NCBI GenBank assembly: GCA_040771805.1
Contig: JAXGZJ010000001.1
Span: 1,359,961-1,423,960 of the forward strand
Direction of reading: 5' to 3'
Source: Methanofastidiosum sp.
GTDB taxonomy: Archaea; Methanobacteriota_B; Thermococci; Methanofastidiosales; Methanofastidiosaceae
Length of the DNA: 64,000 nucleotides
Shown here: piece after piece, positions 9,558-18,876 of the stretch
Layout: the number at the start of each line of letters is the position of its first letter
Position numbering within the stretch: the stretch's first letter is position 1
Notes under the pieces: model-generated
Seen by the model: the letters and a program-made list of their open reading frames with translations, nothing else
Databases searched by the model: none
What the model was told of the DNA's origin: nothing
Program-made: the position numbers and the translations under genes

Positions 9558-12035
9558 TTATTGCCATGCTGAAATTATTTCTGTTTTTTTGTTTCCATTT
9601 TCATTATAAGTTATCTCCCACTTTGGAATCCAAACTAAAGATACCATTTTTATTTCTATATCTGATTTCTTTGGCTGTATTGTTACTTCTTTAACTTCGG
9701 TTGTCTCCTTTTCTCTTTTTTGCTTTATTGAATCTATTTGCAATTTGAGTTCATTTTCCAAGTACTCCATTTCTCTATTCAATGAATTGATATCTTTATT
9801 GACTCTCTCAATTTCTGCTGAGATATCCTTACTTTTTTGATATTTTTTCATTGTAGTTGTGGCAGACCTCGTAGAGCGTTTGCCCATAAACATACCGAGT
9901 ACAGATTCTCCAGCAGAAATCACTGCTTCTTGTTTTAATGAATTTGCAGATGCTTGTTTTTTTAAAAGAATTTCTTGAGACTTACTTAATTTAGACTTGA
10001 GTTTTTGAATTTCTTTAGCGTATTTTTGTTCTATTTTATCAATCTCTTCATCTCTAGCTTCCCTAGCCAGTTGATTTAATTTTAAAATAAATTCCGCCTT
10101 TGATTCATTAGATTTTGAATATATCTTAAAATGAGGGCTGTGATATAATTTGAAATTACTATTGTAGAACAAGAAATCATTAAAACTCCTTTTAAGTTCA
10201 TTAAAATCTTTAGGATTATTTATTTTTTCAGGAATTTCTGAGAACTTTGACTTGCTTTCGGGATCATTAAGAACTTGTGATACTTTTATTTCTTTAGATT
10301 CATCCCAACTTAATAATTCTGGGTTATCGATAATTAACGTCCTTTCTTGATCTTCCTTCAAATCAATATTTTTGTCTTGAAAATGGATTATTGCCTTTCC
10401 TATTACTCCTGGACTATAAATAAGGGAAGACTCTTCAAACTGCAATTCACTTTGATATTTGTTTTTTATTTCTTGAATAGAAAGAGCTGCATTTTTGACC
10501 ACAGGCAAAAATATCTGTTGAATGTCTCTTGAAATTGTTGGTGGAGTTAAAGTGAATTTGTCTGAAGATGCCCCAATATAAGCCTTTGTTATTGTGGGCG
10601 AAAATTTAATTTCATGATATCTATCTTTCATTACTAACTTAATTTCATTTTTTGTCATTGGCCCTCTCAAATAACTCATAGCCCATCTTGTTTGGAAAAT
10701 AATAGGATCTTTTGCATGAACATTATGAAGAATAAATACCCTTTTTCCCAAGTTAGATATTAATTTATTCATATTTTCTTTATTCAACGAATCTTTAGAA
10801 TTTGCGCTAATTATGTCTAATCCTTCAAGCAATCTGAGTTTATCTCTTTCTGTCTGTAGTCTACCTATAAACCAAGTGCCGGTATTTGTAAGCCCTTTAT
10901 AGTCCAAATCCACAGGATTTTGAGTGGCTAGTAGTACCCCAACTCCAAAAGCCCTCGCTTGTTTTAGCAAAGTAAGGAGGGGTTTTTTACTTGGAGGATT
11001 GGAAACTGGCGGGAAATAACCAAATATTTCATCCATATAAATTAATGTTCTGAGGCTATTTGTCCCACTTTGTTTTCTCATCCAAGATATAATTTGGTTG
11101 AAAAGAAGGGTGACAAAGAACATTCTTTCAGAGTCATTTAAGTGGGCAATATAAAAAATTGAATGCTTTGGTTTACCATCTTTATTTGAGATGAATTCAG
11201 GTATATCCAAGGGGTAACCTTCTAACCAATTTTTAAAGCTTGGCGATGCAATAAGATTATTCAATTTCATTGACAAGTTCAATCTATCTTTTTTTGGAAA
11301 AAAGGTATCAATTTCAAATACTCCTAGGGTTCTGAAAGGTGGATCTTGAATTGAGAGTATGAGTTTTGCTATATCGAGATTTTGATTTTTACTCCAGAAA
11401 TTTTCAAATATGTTTGAAAGTAGAATGTGTTCACGAGAGTTTATTGGATCCGCTTCAATTCCAATTAGGCCCAGTAGACTGCTAACAATACCTTGTATTT
11501 GATCTCTAATTAATTCTGAATCTTCTTCCCAATTAAAAGAAGGCGCATCAAAAGAATGTAATATAGAAACAGGATGCCCTGCCTCACTTCCGGGTGTATA
11601 TATTACAAAATCTGCATTTTCACGCAGCATTTTAATTCTATTTTCATCTTGGCCCCAATCTGCCAATCCCTTTTTCCATGATTCTGCCTGTTGTGCAGCA
11701 TAGTCATCTATACTCATTCCTTTTCTGTTTGCTTCGTCAGGATCTACCCACGGGAGGAAACTCTCTTTTTTAAGTTCTGGGAAAGTAAGCAATAAATTTG
11801 TGATATCTCCTTTTGGATCAATTATTATCGCAGGGATATTGTCTATGGCAGCTTCTTCTAAAATATCAATACATAAACCAGTTTTCCCACTCCCAGTCAT
11901 ACCAATACAGACCGCATGTGTTGTAAGGTCCCTCGAATCATACATAACAAGCTTATCAGTTGGCATTCCATTTTTCATGTCAAATTCTTTACCTAAGTAA
12001 AATGAGCCTAATTTTTCAAAGTCCATTTTGTCCAC
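9558..12035 (-). CDS. HerA/FtsK-superfamily P-loop ATPase (DUF87/DUF853-like) with a ~300 aa C-terminal coiled-coil extension
   Basis: 825 aa. Walker A is GMTGSGKTG. IIIDPKGD and LLATQNPVDLDYK resemble HerA-like/DUF853 signatures. Walker B is near YMDEIFGYF. The C-terminal third is K/E-rich heptad-like sequence ending in a small beta-rich tail. Confidence 0.55.
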   Translation of the reverse strand: MDKMDFEKLGSFYLGKEFDMKNGMPTDKLVMYDSRDLTTHAVCIGMTGSGKTGLCIDILEEAAIDNIPAIIIDPKGDITNLLLTFPELKKESFLPWVDPDEANRKGMSIDDYAAQQAESWKKGLADWGQDENRIKMLRENADFVIYTPGSEAGHPVSILHSFDAPSFNWEEDSELIRDQIQGIVSSLLGLIGIEADPINSREHILLSNIFENFWSKNQNLDIAKLILSIQDPPFRTLGVFEIDTFFPKKDRLNLSMKLNNLIASPSFKNWLEGYPLDIPEFISNKDGKPKHSIFYIAHLNDSERMFFVTLLFNQIISWMRKQSGTNSLRTLIYMDEIFGYFPPVSNPPSKKPLLTLLKQARAFGVGVLLATQNPVDLDYKGLTNTGTWFIGRLQTERDKLRLLEGLDIISANSKDSLNKENMNKLISNLGKRVFILHNVHAKDPIIFQTRWAMSYLRGPMTKNEIKLVMKDRYHEIKFSPTITKAYIGASSDKFTLTPPTISRDIQQIFLPVVKNAALSIQEIKNKYQSELQFEESSLIYSPGVIGKAIIHFQDKNIDLKEDQERTLIIDNPELLSWDESKEIKVSQVLNDPESKSKFSEIPEKINNPKDFNELKRSFNDFLFYNSNFKLYHSPHFKIYSKSNESKAEFILKLNQLAREARDEEIDKIEQKYAKEIQKLKSKLSKSQEILLKKQASANSLKQEAVISAGESVLGMFMGKRSTRSATTTMKKYQKSKDISAEIERVNKDINSLNREMEYLENELKLQIDSIKQKREKETTEVKEVTIQPKKSDIEIKMVSLVWIPKWEITYNENGNKKTEIISAWQ

Positions 12036-12298
12036 CCTATATAAAATGCTTTAATTGAGTATATTAATCTTATAGTTAATAAACATATACTAGTAAAAAT
12101 GAGTATGAAACTTAAATCATCCTTATTAACTAGATTCGATATCAATGGGCATAAGTTTCGTGTCTTTAATATTAATATAATACTCTTATTATATTGTTAA
12201 TTAGTTACCGATATTATCATATGTAATTAACGATGGTTTTCGAAAAATTCGCAATGATAACCATCATCTTTAAAAATCGATAACTAATTTAATTTTTT

Positions 12299-13501
12299 AT
12301 GAATAGATATACTATGGCTATTCTCTTTATGTTCATTGTTATTTTTGGACAAATTCCCACCCTATTGGCTAGTAAAGCAGATTGGAATTATAAAACAGAT
12401 AAGGCAGTTTACTCTGTCGATATATCTTCTGAAGGAGACTATATAGTTTGTGGATCATTGGATAATAATTTTTATTTTTTATCCAAAGAAGGCGATCTTT
12501 TGTGGAAATATCCGTCAAATGATAGGGCATTATGTGTAGATTTAACACCTGATGGTTATTATATAGTAGGGGGTTCAAAAGACAAAAAAGTGTATATGTT
12601 TTCTAAAGAAGGAGATTTACTTTGGTCCTTTGTTACAGGAAATACAGTTGAATCAGTTGCACTATCATTTAATGGATCAAAAATAATTGCAGGATCTGAC
12701 GATGGAGCGGCTTATTTTTTATCAAAGGAAGGTAGCCTACTTTGGAAATATGAAACTGGGGCCCCTGTTACAACAGTCGCTATTACCCCAAATGGAGAAT
12801 ATATTGCTATAGGTTCAAATGATAAAAGTATATACTTTTTGTCAGAAGACGGTAAAGTTATTTGGAAAATAAAAACTCTGGGCGAGATAAGTTCAATAGA
12901 TATGAGTTTTGATGGGGCTTACATTGTTTCTGGTACGAAAAATGGTTGGATTTATACTATATCAAATTCCGGAGAGATATTAAATAAAACTAAGAAAAAT
13001 AATGGAGTAGTAAACGTCAAGATCACCCCTAATGGAAATTACATAGTAGCCGGCTCAAGGGATGGAGGGGTATATGCTATGTCAAATAATGGTAAACTGT
13101 TATGGCAATCTCTTGATGATAAAGGGATATACTCTGTAGCCATTAATCCAGATGGAACTAAAGTTGCAGCTGGATCTATGGACACCATCTACATATTGTC
13201 CAAAAATGGAAAGGAAATAAAATGCTACCAAACTTACGATGACAAATATTACTTGTATTCCATTAACTCTTTAGCAATTTCACTTGACAGCTCGACATTG
13301 GTATCAACTTCTAGGGAATGTATTTTTTATTTTAATCACGACACGAAAAAAGAATTTGATTTAAATGAATGCGTACCAACTAAGAAAAATGAATCGACAG
13401 ACACATGTTTTCAAAAAAAATTATCCGAATTAAACGAAAATCCTAAGAGAAAAACTAATGAAATAATAAGCATTCTGCTTAGTTTTTTTAGAATTAGATA
13501 A
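12299..13501 (+). CDS. Secreted beta-propeller repeat protein (PQQ-like repeats)
   Basis: 400 aa. There is an N-terminal signal/TM segment. A ~40 aa motif recurs about 8 times: DG.YIV.GS.D..VY.LSKEG.LLWKY. Confidence 0.6.
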   Translation: MNRYTMAILFMFIVIFGQIPTLLASKADWNYKTDKAVYSVDISSEGDYIVCGSLDNNFYFLSKEGDLLWKYPSNDRALCVDLTPDGYYIVGGSKDKKVYMFSKEGDLLWSFVTGNTVESVALSFNGSKIIAGSDDGAAYFLSKEGSLLWKYETGAPVTTVAITPNGEYIAIGSNDKSIYFLSEDGKVIWKIKTLGEISSIDMSFDGAYIVSGTKNGWIYTISNSGEILNKTKKNNGVVNVKITPNGNYIVAGSRDGGVYAMSNNGKLLWQSLDDKGIYSVAINPDGTKVAAGSMDTIYILSKNGKEIKCYQTYDDKYYLYSINSLAISLDSSTLVSTSRECIFYFNHDTKKEFDLNECVPTKKNESTDTCFQKKLSELNENPKRKTNEIISILLSFFRIR

Positions 13502-13513
13502 GAAGGTATAATA

Positions 13514-14341
13514 TTAATCATATTTTTGACACACTGGACAAAAATATGAGGATGACCCAAGAATATTTTCTTTTAGTATTTTATTGCCACACAATTTACA
13601 TTCATTGGTATTTTTACTCACGAGCCTAACATATTTTCCCGAATTACCATAAAGATCGTATTCGTCTGAACTTCCACCAAGTTCAATTGCAGAATTTATT
13701 GTCTTGATGATAGAATCATAAAGATTGTTTCGCTCTATTTCCTTAAGATCAGATACTTTTCTTTTAGGATGTATTTTTGCCATGTAAAGAATATCATTTA
13801 TATAGGCGTTTCCAAGGCCAGACATTTCTTCTTGAAGATTTAGTGCAGCTTTAATTGATTTATTTTCATTATTTGATAAAACATGTAAAAAATAGTCTAA
13901 TGTAAATTCTGATTCATTTGGAGAAATACCAATATTGCCGGCATATCTGTGAACTTTTTTCTCTTCTAATGTGGCAACTACTATAAATGCGTATAGGAAA
14001 AGATTTAGTGTGACTATGGAACCATCATCAAATTGAAAACTAACATGGTATTTTGGAGGTAATGGCAAATCTTTTTTGATATACAGAAATTTACCTATTA
14101 TTTCGCCAAACATTAAAATACTGCCATTTTCAAACTCTAAAAATATCCACTTACCTTTAGGGATTATTCTTTTTATTTTGGAATTTAATATATCTTTAGT
14201 TCTATTGTCAAGATTTGACATTCCCTGTTTAATTGTGGATTCTAAGTGTTTGGTCAAAATGATGTTTGTAATTTCTTTTCCCAGTAAATTTTCTTTCATT
14301 TGTTCTGATATCGTTAGTATCTCAGGTATTTCCAATCCCAT
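13514..14341 (-). CDS. Fpg/Nei family DNA glycosylase / AP lyase
   Basis: 275 aa. The H2TH region reads SGLGNAYINDILYMAKIHP. The C-terminal zinc finger reads CKLCGNKI...CPVCQ. The N-terminus is MGLEIPE rather than the canonical MPELPEV. Confidence 0.65.
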   Translation of the reverse strand: MGLEIPEILTISEQMKENLLGKEITNIILTKHLESTIKQGMSNLDNRTKDILNSKIKRIIPKGKWIFLEFENGSILMFGEIIGKFLYIKKDLPLPPKYHVSFQFDDGSIVTLNLFLYAFIVVATLEEKKVHRYAGNIGISPNESEFTLDYFLHVLSNNENKSIKAALNLQEEMSGLGNAYINDILYMAKIHPKRKVSDLKEIERNNLYDSIIKTINSAIELGGSSDEYDLYGNSGKYVRLVSKNTNECKLCGNKILKENILGSSSYFCPVCQKYD

Positions 14342-14726
14342 AAAAACAATTAACTAAGGAATTATAGGTATATAGCTTTATTGTTTCCAAAATGTGCTAT
14401 CAAAAAAATACAGGACCGGGCATATTTATTTATTCCTAGCTATATTGAAATAATATGTACAACATACCTATTCTCACTCTATAGGGCTCTAGAAATTTAT
14501 TTACAAAGGACTCATGGCATGAAATCTAGATATACTAAGAATATAGGTATTGGTGAAATCAAAATGATTATATTTATCAACTATTTTCTATTAAAAGATC
14601 CATTAAAAGAAAAGATCAGTGATTTAAAGGGATCTGGCATTAGATGAGGTAAAAATTACTAACTGAATTAGAAAAATATTTAAACGTAACTACTATTAAC
14701 TTGGATGTAATAGGGGCGTAATTATT

Positions 14727-15817
14727 ATGAACAATAAAATAACTGCCATTTTCATAGTAGCTATATTCTTGATGTCTTTTGGGGTAGTTCTTGCAGCTGA
14801 CGGGGATGTTATCTGGAAAAGAGAGTATGACGGCAATGGTCCTGACTACGCAATGGGTGTAGCAACAGACTCTTATAACAACGTCATAGTAACAGGTTAT
14901 TCTTTTATGGGCGATAATTTAGATAATTTAAACTACTGCACCATAAAGTACGACGCAGCCGGAAACATTATCTGGAAAAGAGAGTATGACGGCGGCGATG
15001 AGGACGGAGCAAAAGGTGTAGCAACAGACTCTTATAACAACGTCATAGTAACAGGTATTTCTGAGATAGGTGGCAGGCGTTCTGACTACTGCACTATAAA
15101 ATATGATCCAAATGGAAACGTTGTCTGGGAAAAGGAGTACGATAGCGGCTTTGATGACTTTGCAAACGGTGTAGCAACAGACTCTTATAACAACGTCATA
15201 GTGACAGGTTATTCTAAGATAGGTGGCAAAATTAGATATTGCACCATAAAATATGATCCAAATGGAAACATTATCTGGAAAAGGAGTACGATAGCGGCTT
15301 TGATGACTTTGCAAACGGTGTAGCAACAGACTCTTATAACAACGTCATAGTAACAGGTTATTCTATTATAGGTGGCAAAATTAGATATTGCACCATAAAA
15401 TATGATCCAAATGGAAACATTATCTGGAAAAGAGAGTATGACGGCGGCGATAATGCCGGAGCAAACGGTGTAGCAACAGACTCTTATAACAACGTCATAG
15501 TAACAGGTTATTCTATTATAGGCGGCAGTCCTCCTGACTACTGCACCATAAAATATGATCCAAATGGAAACATTATCTGGAAAAGAGAGTATGACGGCGG
15601 CGATGAGGACGGAGCAAAAGGTGTAGCAACAGACTCTTATAACAACGTCATAGTAACAGGTATTTCTGAGATAGGTGGCAGGCGTTCTGACTACTGCACC
15701 ATAAAATACCAAGGTGTTCCTCCAAGAAGTAAATCCCTTCCAATAGACAAGTTCTTGAAGATACTTAAGAGAAACAGGTGCAAAAATCATCCAGATGCAG
15801 AAGACTGTAAAGTTTAG
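14727..15817 (+). pseudogene. SBBP-type beta-propeller repeat surface protein gene interrupted by a -1 frameshift near 15278-15283. It may instead be a sequencing/assembly error or a phase-variable tract.
   Basis: It has a signal peptide, then about 7 repeats of YCTIKYDPNGNIIWKREYDGG..GA.GVATDSYNNVIVTG.S. Frame 0 runs 14727-15323. The same repeat protein then continues in frame 2 to TAG at 15815-15817. The shift coincides with ctgggaaaagg versus ctggaaaagg in otherwise identical repeat copies. Confidence 0.5.
14800..15720 (+). repeat. Near-identical tandem DNA repeats of variable length (~149-159 nt) encoding the SBBP repeats
   Basis: Blocks of ~100 nt are identical between copies, for example 15001-15100 versus 15600-15700. 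The motif atctggaaaagagagtatgacggc recurs at 14811, 14970, 15422 and 15575. Confidence 0.7.
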
Positions 15818-16350
15818 TGACTTTATTTATTTTTTATCTTTTTTATATTAAACTTAATACTAAATACTATTTTGCTCTAGGATTTGCATAATATATCTGG
15901 CCCTAAAATTAAGGCCATGAGCAACAACTTGACGCAGACAAGGCTTGATTTTTTCTATAGGATTCAGGTCCAGAAGACCATACCTGAGTTTATTAGCATC
16001 AGAAAGATGAAGGTGCATGACAAGCGTATAACGATAGCATCCACAAGGAACGATTGTGAAAGCTTAGTCTGCCCCCATGTCAAAAGATCGCATGTCAGTA
16101 GATCATTCTCATACATCAGGTGCAACTATTCTAGCAATTTCAAAAAGCAGAGCCCGGGCCCATGTCACATCTGCCCGATGAAAAAGATTAGAAACATTTG
16201 GATCCCCGTTAGAACAGAGTGTCGGGAAAAAGAGTGGAAAGTGATGCCAAGCAACAAGTTCTGGAACTGGAAGAAAGAATGATTTCTATTTAAAAAATAA
16301 TTTCTTCCTTTTTTCCATATTTTTATAAAAGATGAAACTTATAATTATAC

Positions 16351-17109
16351 GTGGTAAAGATGGAAGAAATAAATTGTAAAAAATGCGGTAAAATTATTTC
16401 CAGTGAATTCCCACATTGCCCTTATTGCAGAGAAAGTTTGTCAAAGGAAAAACAAGATCGGGCTAATTACTTTTCTTTATGTAGGCATTGTGGCAGGGGA
16501 TTAAGAAGGATATGGATAACTTGCCCCTACTGTAACGGCATATTGGATTCAATATCATATGAAAAGTATAAACATATGGAAAGTAAGAATCCTGAAGCTG
16601 TAGAATCTAACAGAAAGGGAAATGAGTATCTTGAGTCGCGTGATGCTGCAAATGCAATCAAGTGCTATGAAAGAGCTATTGAACTGGATCCAAGCTATAC
16701 AGTCGCATGGCGTAGCAAAGGAATATCACTTTTAAATATAGGGAGAGACTCAGAGGCATTGTCGTGTTTTGAAAGGGCTACTGAGCTAAATCCAAATTAT
16801 GCACCTGCATGGCGTAACAAAGGAGTGTCACTCCTTAGGCTAGGGAAATATCCAGAGGCATTGTCATGCTATGAAAGAGCTATCGAACTGGATCCAAATA
16901 ATGCGTTTGCATGGCGCAATAAAGGAATATCTCTATTAAATATGGGAAGGTATTCAGAGGCATTGTCGTGTTTTGAAAGGGCTACTGAGCTAAATCCAAA
17001 GGATGCACATGCGTGGTGGAACAAAGGAGTTGCACTTCAGGAACTCGGTAGGGATACCCTAGCAAATGAATGTTTAGATAAGGCCAAACAGCTCGGATAT
17101 AAGGAATAG
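16351..17109 (+). CDS. TPR-repeat protein with two N-terminal zinc-ribbon motifs
   Basis: 252 aa. The N-terminus carries CKKCG...CPYCRE and CRHCG...CPYCNG. About 5 tandem 34-residue TPR units follow (AW.NKG..L..LG.Y.EAL.C.ERA.ELDPN). Confidence 0.6.
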   Translation: MVKMEEINCKKCGKIISSEFPHCPYCRESLSKEKQDRANYFSLCRHCGRGLRRIWITCPYCNGILDSISYEKYKHMESKNPEAVESNRKGNEYLESRDAANAIKCYERAIELDPSYTVAWRSKGISLLNIGRDSEALSCFERATELNPNYAPAWRNKGVSLLRLGKYPEALSCYERAIELDPNNAFAWRNKGISLLNMGRYSEALSCFERATELNPKDAHAWWNKGVALQELGRDTLANECLDKAKQLGYKE

Positions 17110-17303
17110 TATCATTAATTGATTATTTTGATTCCTATTTTAAACATAAGGATATTTTTAAAATGGGCTCTAAGACAGGAGGGGTTTTAGAATTTGTTGA
17201 GCCATCAAAGGACAAACAATTCATCTATAAGGAGAATGAAAGAAATATCCTAGTAAGATAAGCTTCAGTTAGCAATAAATGGTAGTAACTCTTTATATTA
17301 TGC

Positions 17304-17693
17304 ATGGGATGTATTTCTGAAGCTATATGCAAGGATTGTGGCACAAGATACGAAGTTCGTATGGGTGGCGGATTCATTGTCCACGACCTGCACTGCGACA
17401 AGTGCGGCGAGTTACGATGCGTATCATTTCATGAACTGGGTGAAATCCATTTAAAATTCATAAAAGGAATTAAGATACCTTATTGCATTGCAACTGGGGC
17501 TTCCGACAAGTATATCCAAGAAAACTATCCGGGAGAACCAATAGACGAGGACGAGTACCATAGATTGGTCGAAGAGTTTGCAGGAAAATGTAAGTGTGGG
17601 GGGAATTACACATTTAAGGCCCCTATAAGGTGCCCTAACTGTAAGTCTATTAATTTTGAACATGATCCTACTAAATTTACCTTATATGATTGA
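17304..17693 (+). CDS. Hypothetical zinc-ribbon protein
   Basis: 129 aa with four CxxC pairs (CKDCG, HCDKCG, CKCGG, CPNCK). Confidence 0.4.
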   Translation: MGCISEAICKDCGTRYEVRMGGGFIVHDLHCDKCGELRCVSFHELGEIHLKFIKGIKIPYCIATGASDKYIQENYPGEPIDEDEYHRLVEEFAGKCKCGGNYTFKAPIRCPNCKSINFEHDPTKFTLYD

Positions 17694-17829
17694 AAGTGAA
17701 TTAAATTACTCTAAATAATATCCTTTCGATCTTTTCTCATTCCAAAAGCTATAATTGAAATTAATGAACTTCGGGCTCAAAATAACTTATTTGAAATAAA
17801 AAACAACATCACATTAACTTTGTAAAGTG

Positions 17830-17885
17830 TGCGGGGGCCGTGATTTGAACACGGGAACTCCTACGAGACAGGGTCCTAAGCCCTG
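17830..17885 (-). repeat. Partial copy of the tRNA-Leu 3' half (56 bp): the distal attachment-site repeat of the integrated element
   Basis: It is identical over 56 bp to 28048-28103. The sequence diverges immediately outside. It cannot fold as a complete tRNA because no complementary 5' acceptor strand follows. Confidence 0.8.
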
Positions 17886-18465
17886 TGAACTTGAATGAAA
17901 ATCATCCTTCTCTATCCTGGAGGGGGCGTATCTTCATGATACACCATAATCAATAAAGCAGTAATCATTTAAATAATTTTTGGTTATATTTAAATTAAAT
18001 AATTTATTAATCAGGATTTATTAGCATCTCCATGTAAAAAAAGCCTAAAAATCATCAATCAGACACCAATTGATTTATTTTTTCGTATCGCCTACGCCCC
18101 CCCGTTCCTGGCGGAGGGGGGCTGCGGCGATATACCGAAAGAATTATTTTTTTATGCGTCTTGATGATTTTCTTAACGGCTTTTTTATAATCCATGTTTG
18201 AGATTATTTTGGGAGGGGTGGCTCGGCTCTACCCGAAAGAATAAAGAAAAATAAGATTGTTTAGACTAAAGCGCTTATTTTTTATAACGATTAAACCAAT
18301 ACAATTTTGCATACTCAGATTTTGGCATGATTTTAAGATTTGATTTTCTGAAATTCATTTTATTTCTATCGATATGAAGGACTTCATAGCCAGGATAAAT
18401 TGTTCCTCCGACCTTATTTTTTGCTACTAACTATGGGCAAGCTTTCCGGAATTCTTGTATCTAGA

Positions 18466-18648
18466 TTATCCTTTAGAGTCCACAAATATATTTGTATACG
18501 GACCAGATTTAATACTTGAGATTTTCTTAAGAAAAGGAATAGAATTAAATGATTTTGATATTCCTCTAATGATGGCAGATAAACTAACTCCAAATATTCC
18601 GGCTGCAGCATCGTCAGTCCACCCAACGATAGGGGAATAATCTGGCAT
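18466..18648 (-). CDS. Small hypothetical ORF. The region 18414-18648 has three overlapping frames, so the reading frame is uncertain and a frameshifted gene is possible.
   Basis: 60 aa (MPDYSPIVGWTDDAAAGIFGV...). Overlapping alternatives are 18414-18626(-) and 18455-18640(+). Confidence 0.2.
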   Translation of the reverse strand: MPDYSPIVGWTDDAAAGIFGVSLSAIIRGISKSFNSIPFLKKISSIKSGPYTNIFVDSKG

Positions 18649-18741
18649 CAGATCAATAGGGAAAACAGTTCAAATAAGTGCAGCAATTATAGGTATTGCG
18701 CTTAAAAGTAAAAATTTTTTATGATTGATAAACTTTACAGA

Positions 18742-18825
18742 TTAAATTTTACATCCACAATCTAGACAATAAGGACATGATTTAGGGATGAATTTTTTAC
18801 AGTTGATGCATTTATATTTCTCCAT
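18742..18825 (-). CDS. Micro-ORF encoding a 27 aa zinc-ribbon peptide (MEKYKCINCKKFIPKSCPYCLDCGCKI)
   Basis: ATG to TAA with two CxxC pairs. It is below the ORF-track length cutoff, lies inside the integrated element, and its coding status is unproven. Confidence 0.25.
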   Translation of the reverse strand: MEKYKCINCKKFIPKSCPYCLDCGCKI

Positions 18826-18876
18826 ATTGTATCTCCAAATTATTAGTTTTCCTAATTATAAAGATATGGAAATATC

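Noticed and set aside
14928-15790. Minus-strand ORFs 14928-15326 and 15209-15790 (132 and 193 aa)
   Set aside because: They are antisense to the SBBP tandem repeats and have a low-complexity Cys/Tyr/Val-rich composition that repeats with the DNA. They are artefacts of the repeat.
15884-16282. Calling the 132 aa + strand ORF a protein-coding gene
   Set aside because: The composition (Cys/His/Arg/Trp-rich) and the GC content are unlike all other genes in the window, and no motif was recognised. It is kept as a candidate ncRNA or remnant in the findings.
17830-17930. Possible second complete tRNA, for example an intron-containing tRNA-Leu
   Set aside because: Only the 3' 56 nt match tRNA-Leu. 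The upstream sequence (reverse complement GATACGCCCCCTCC...) cannot pair with the CCCCCGC acceptor 3' strand. It is therefore an att-site duplicate, not a gene.
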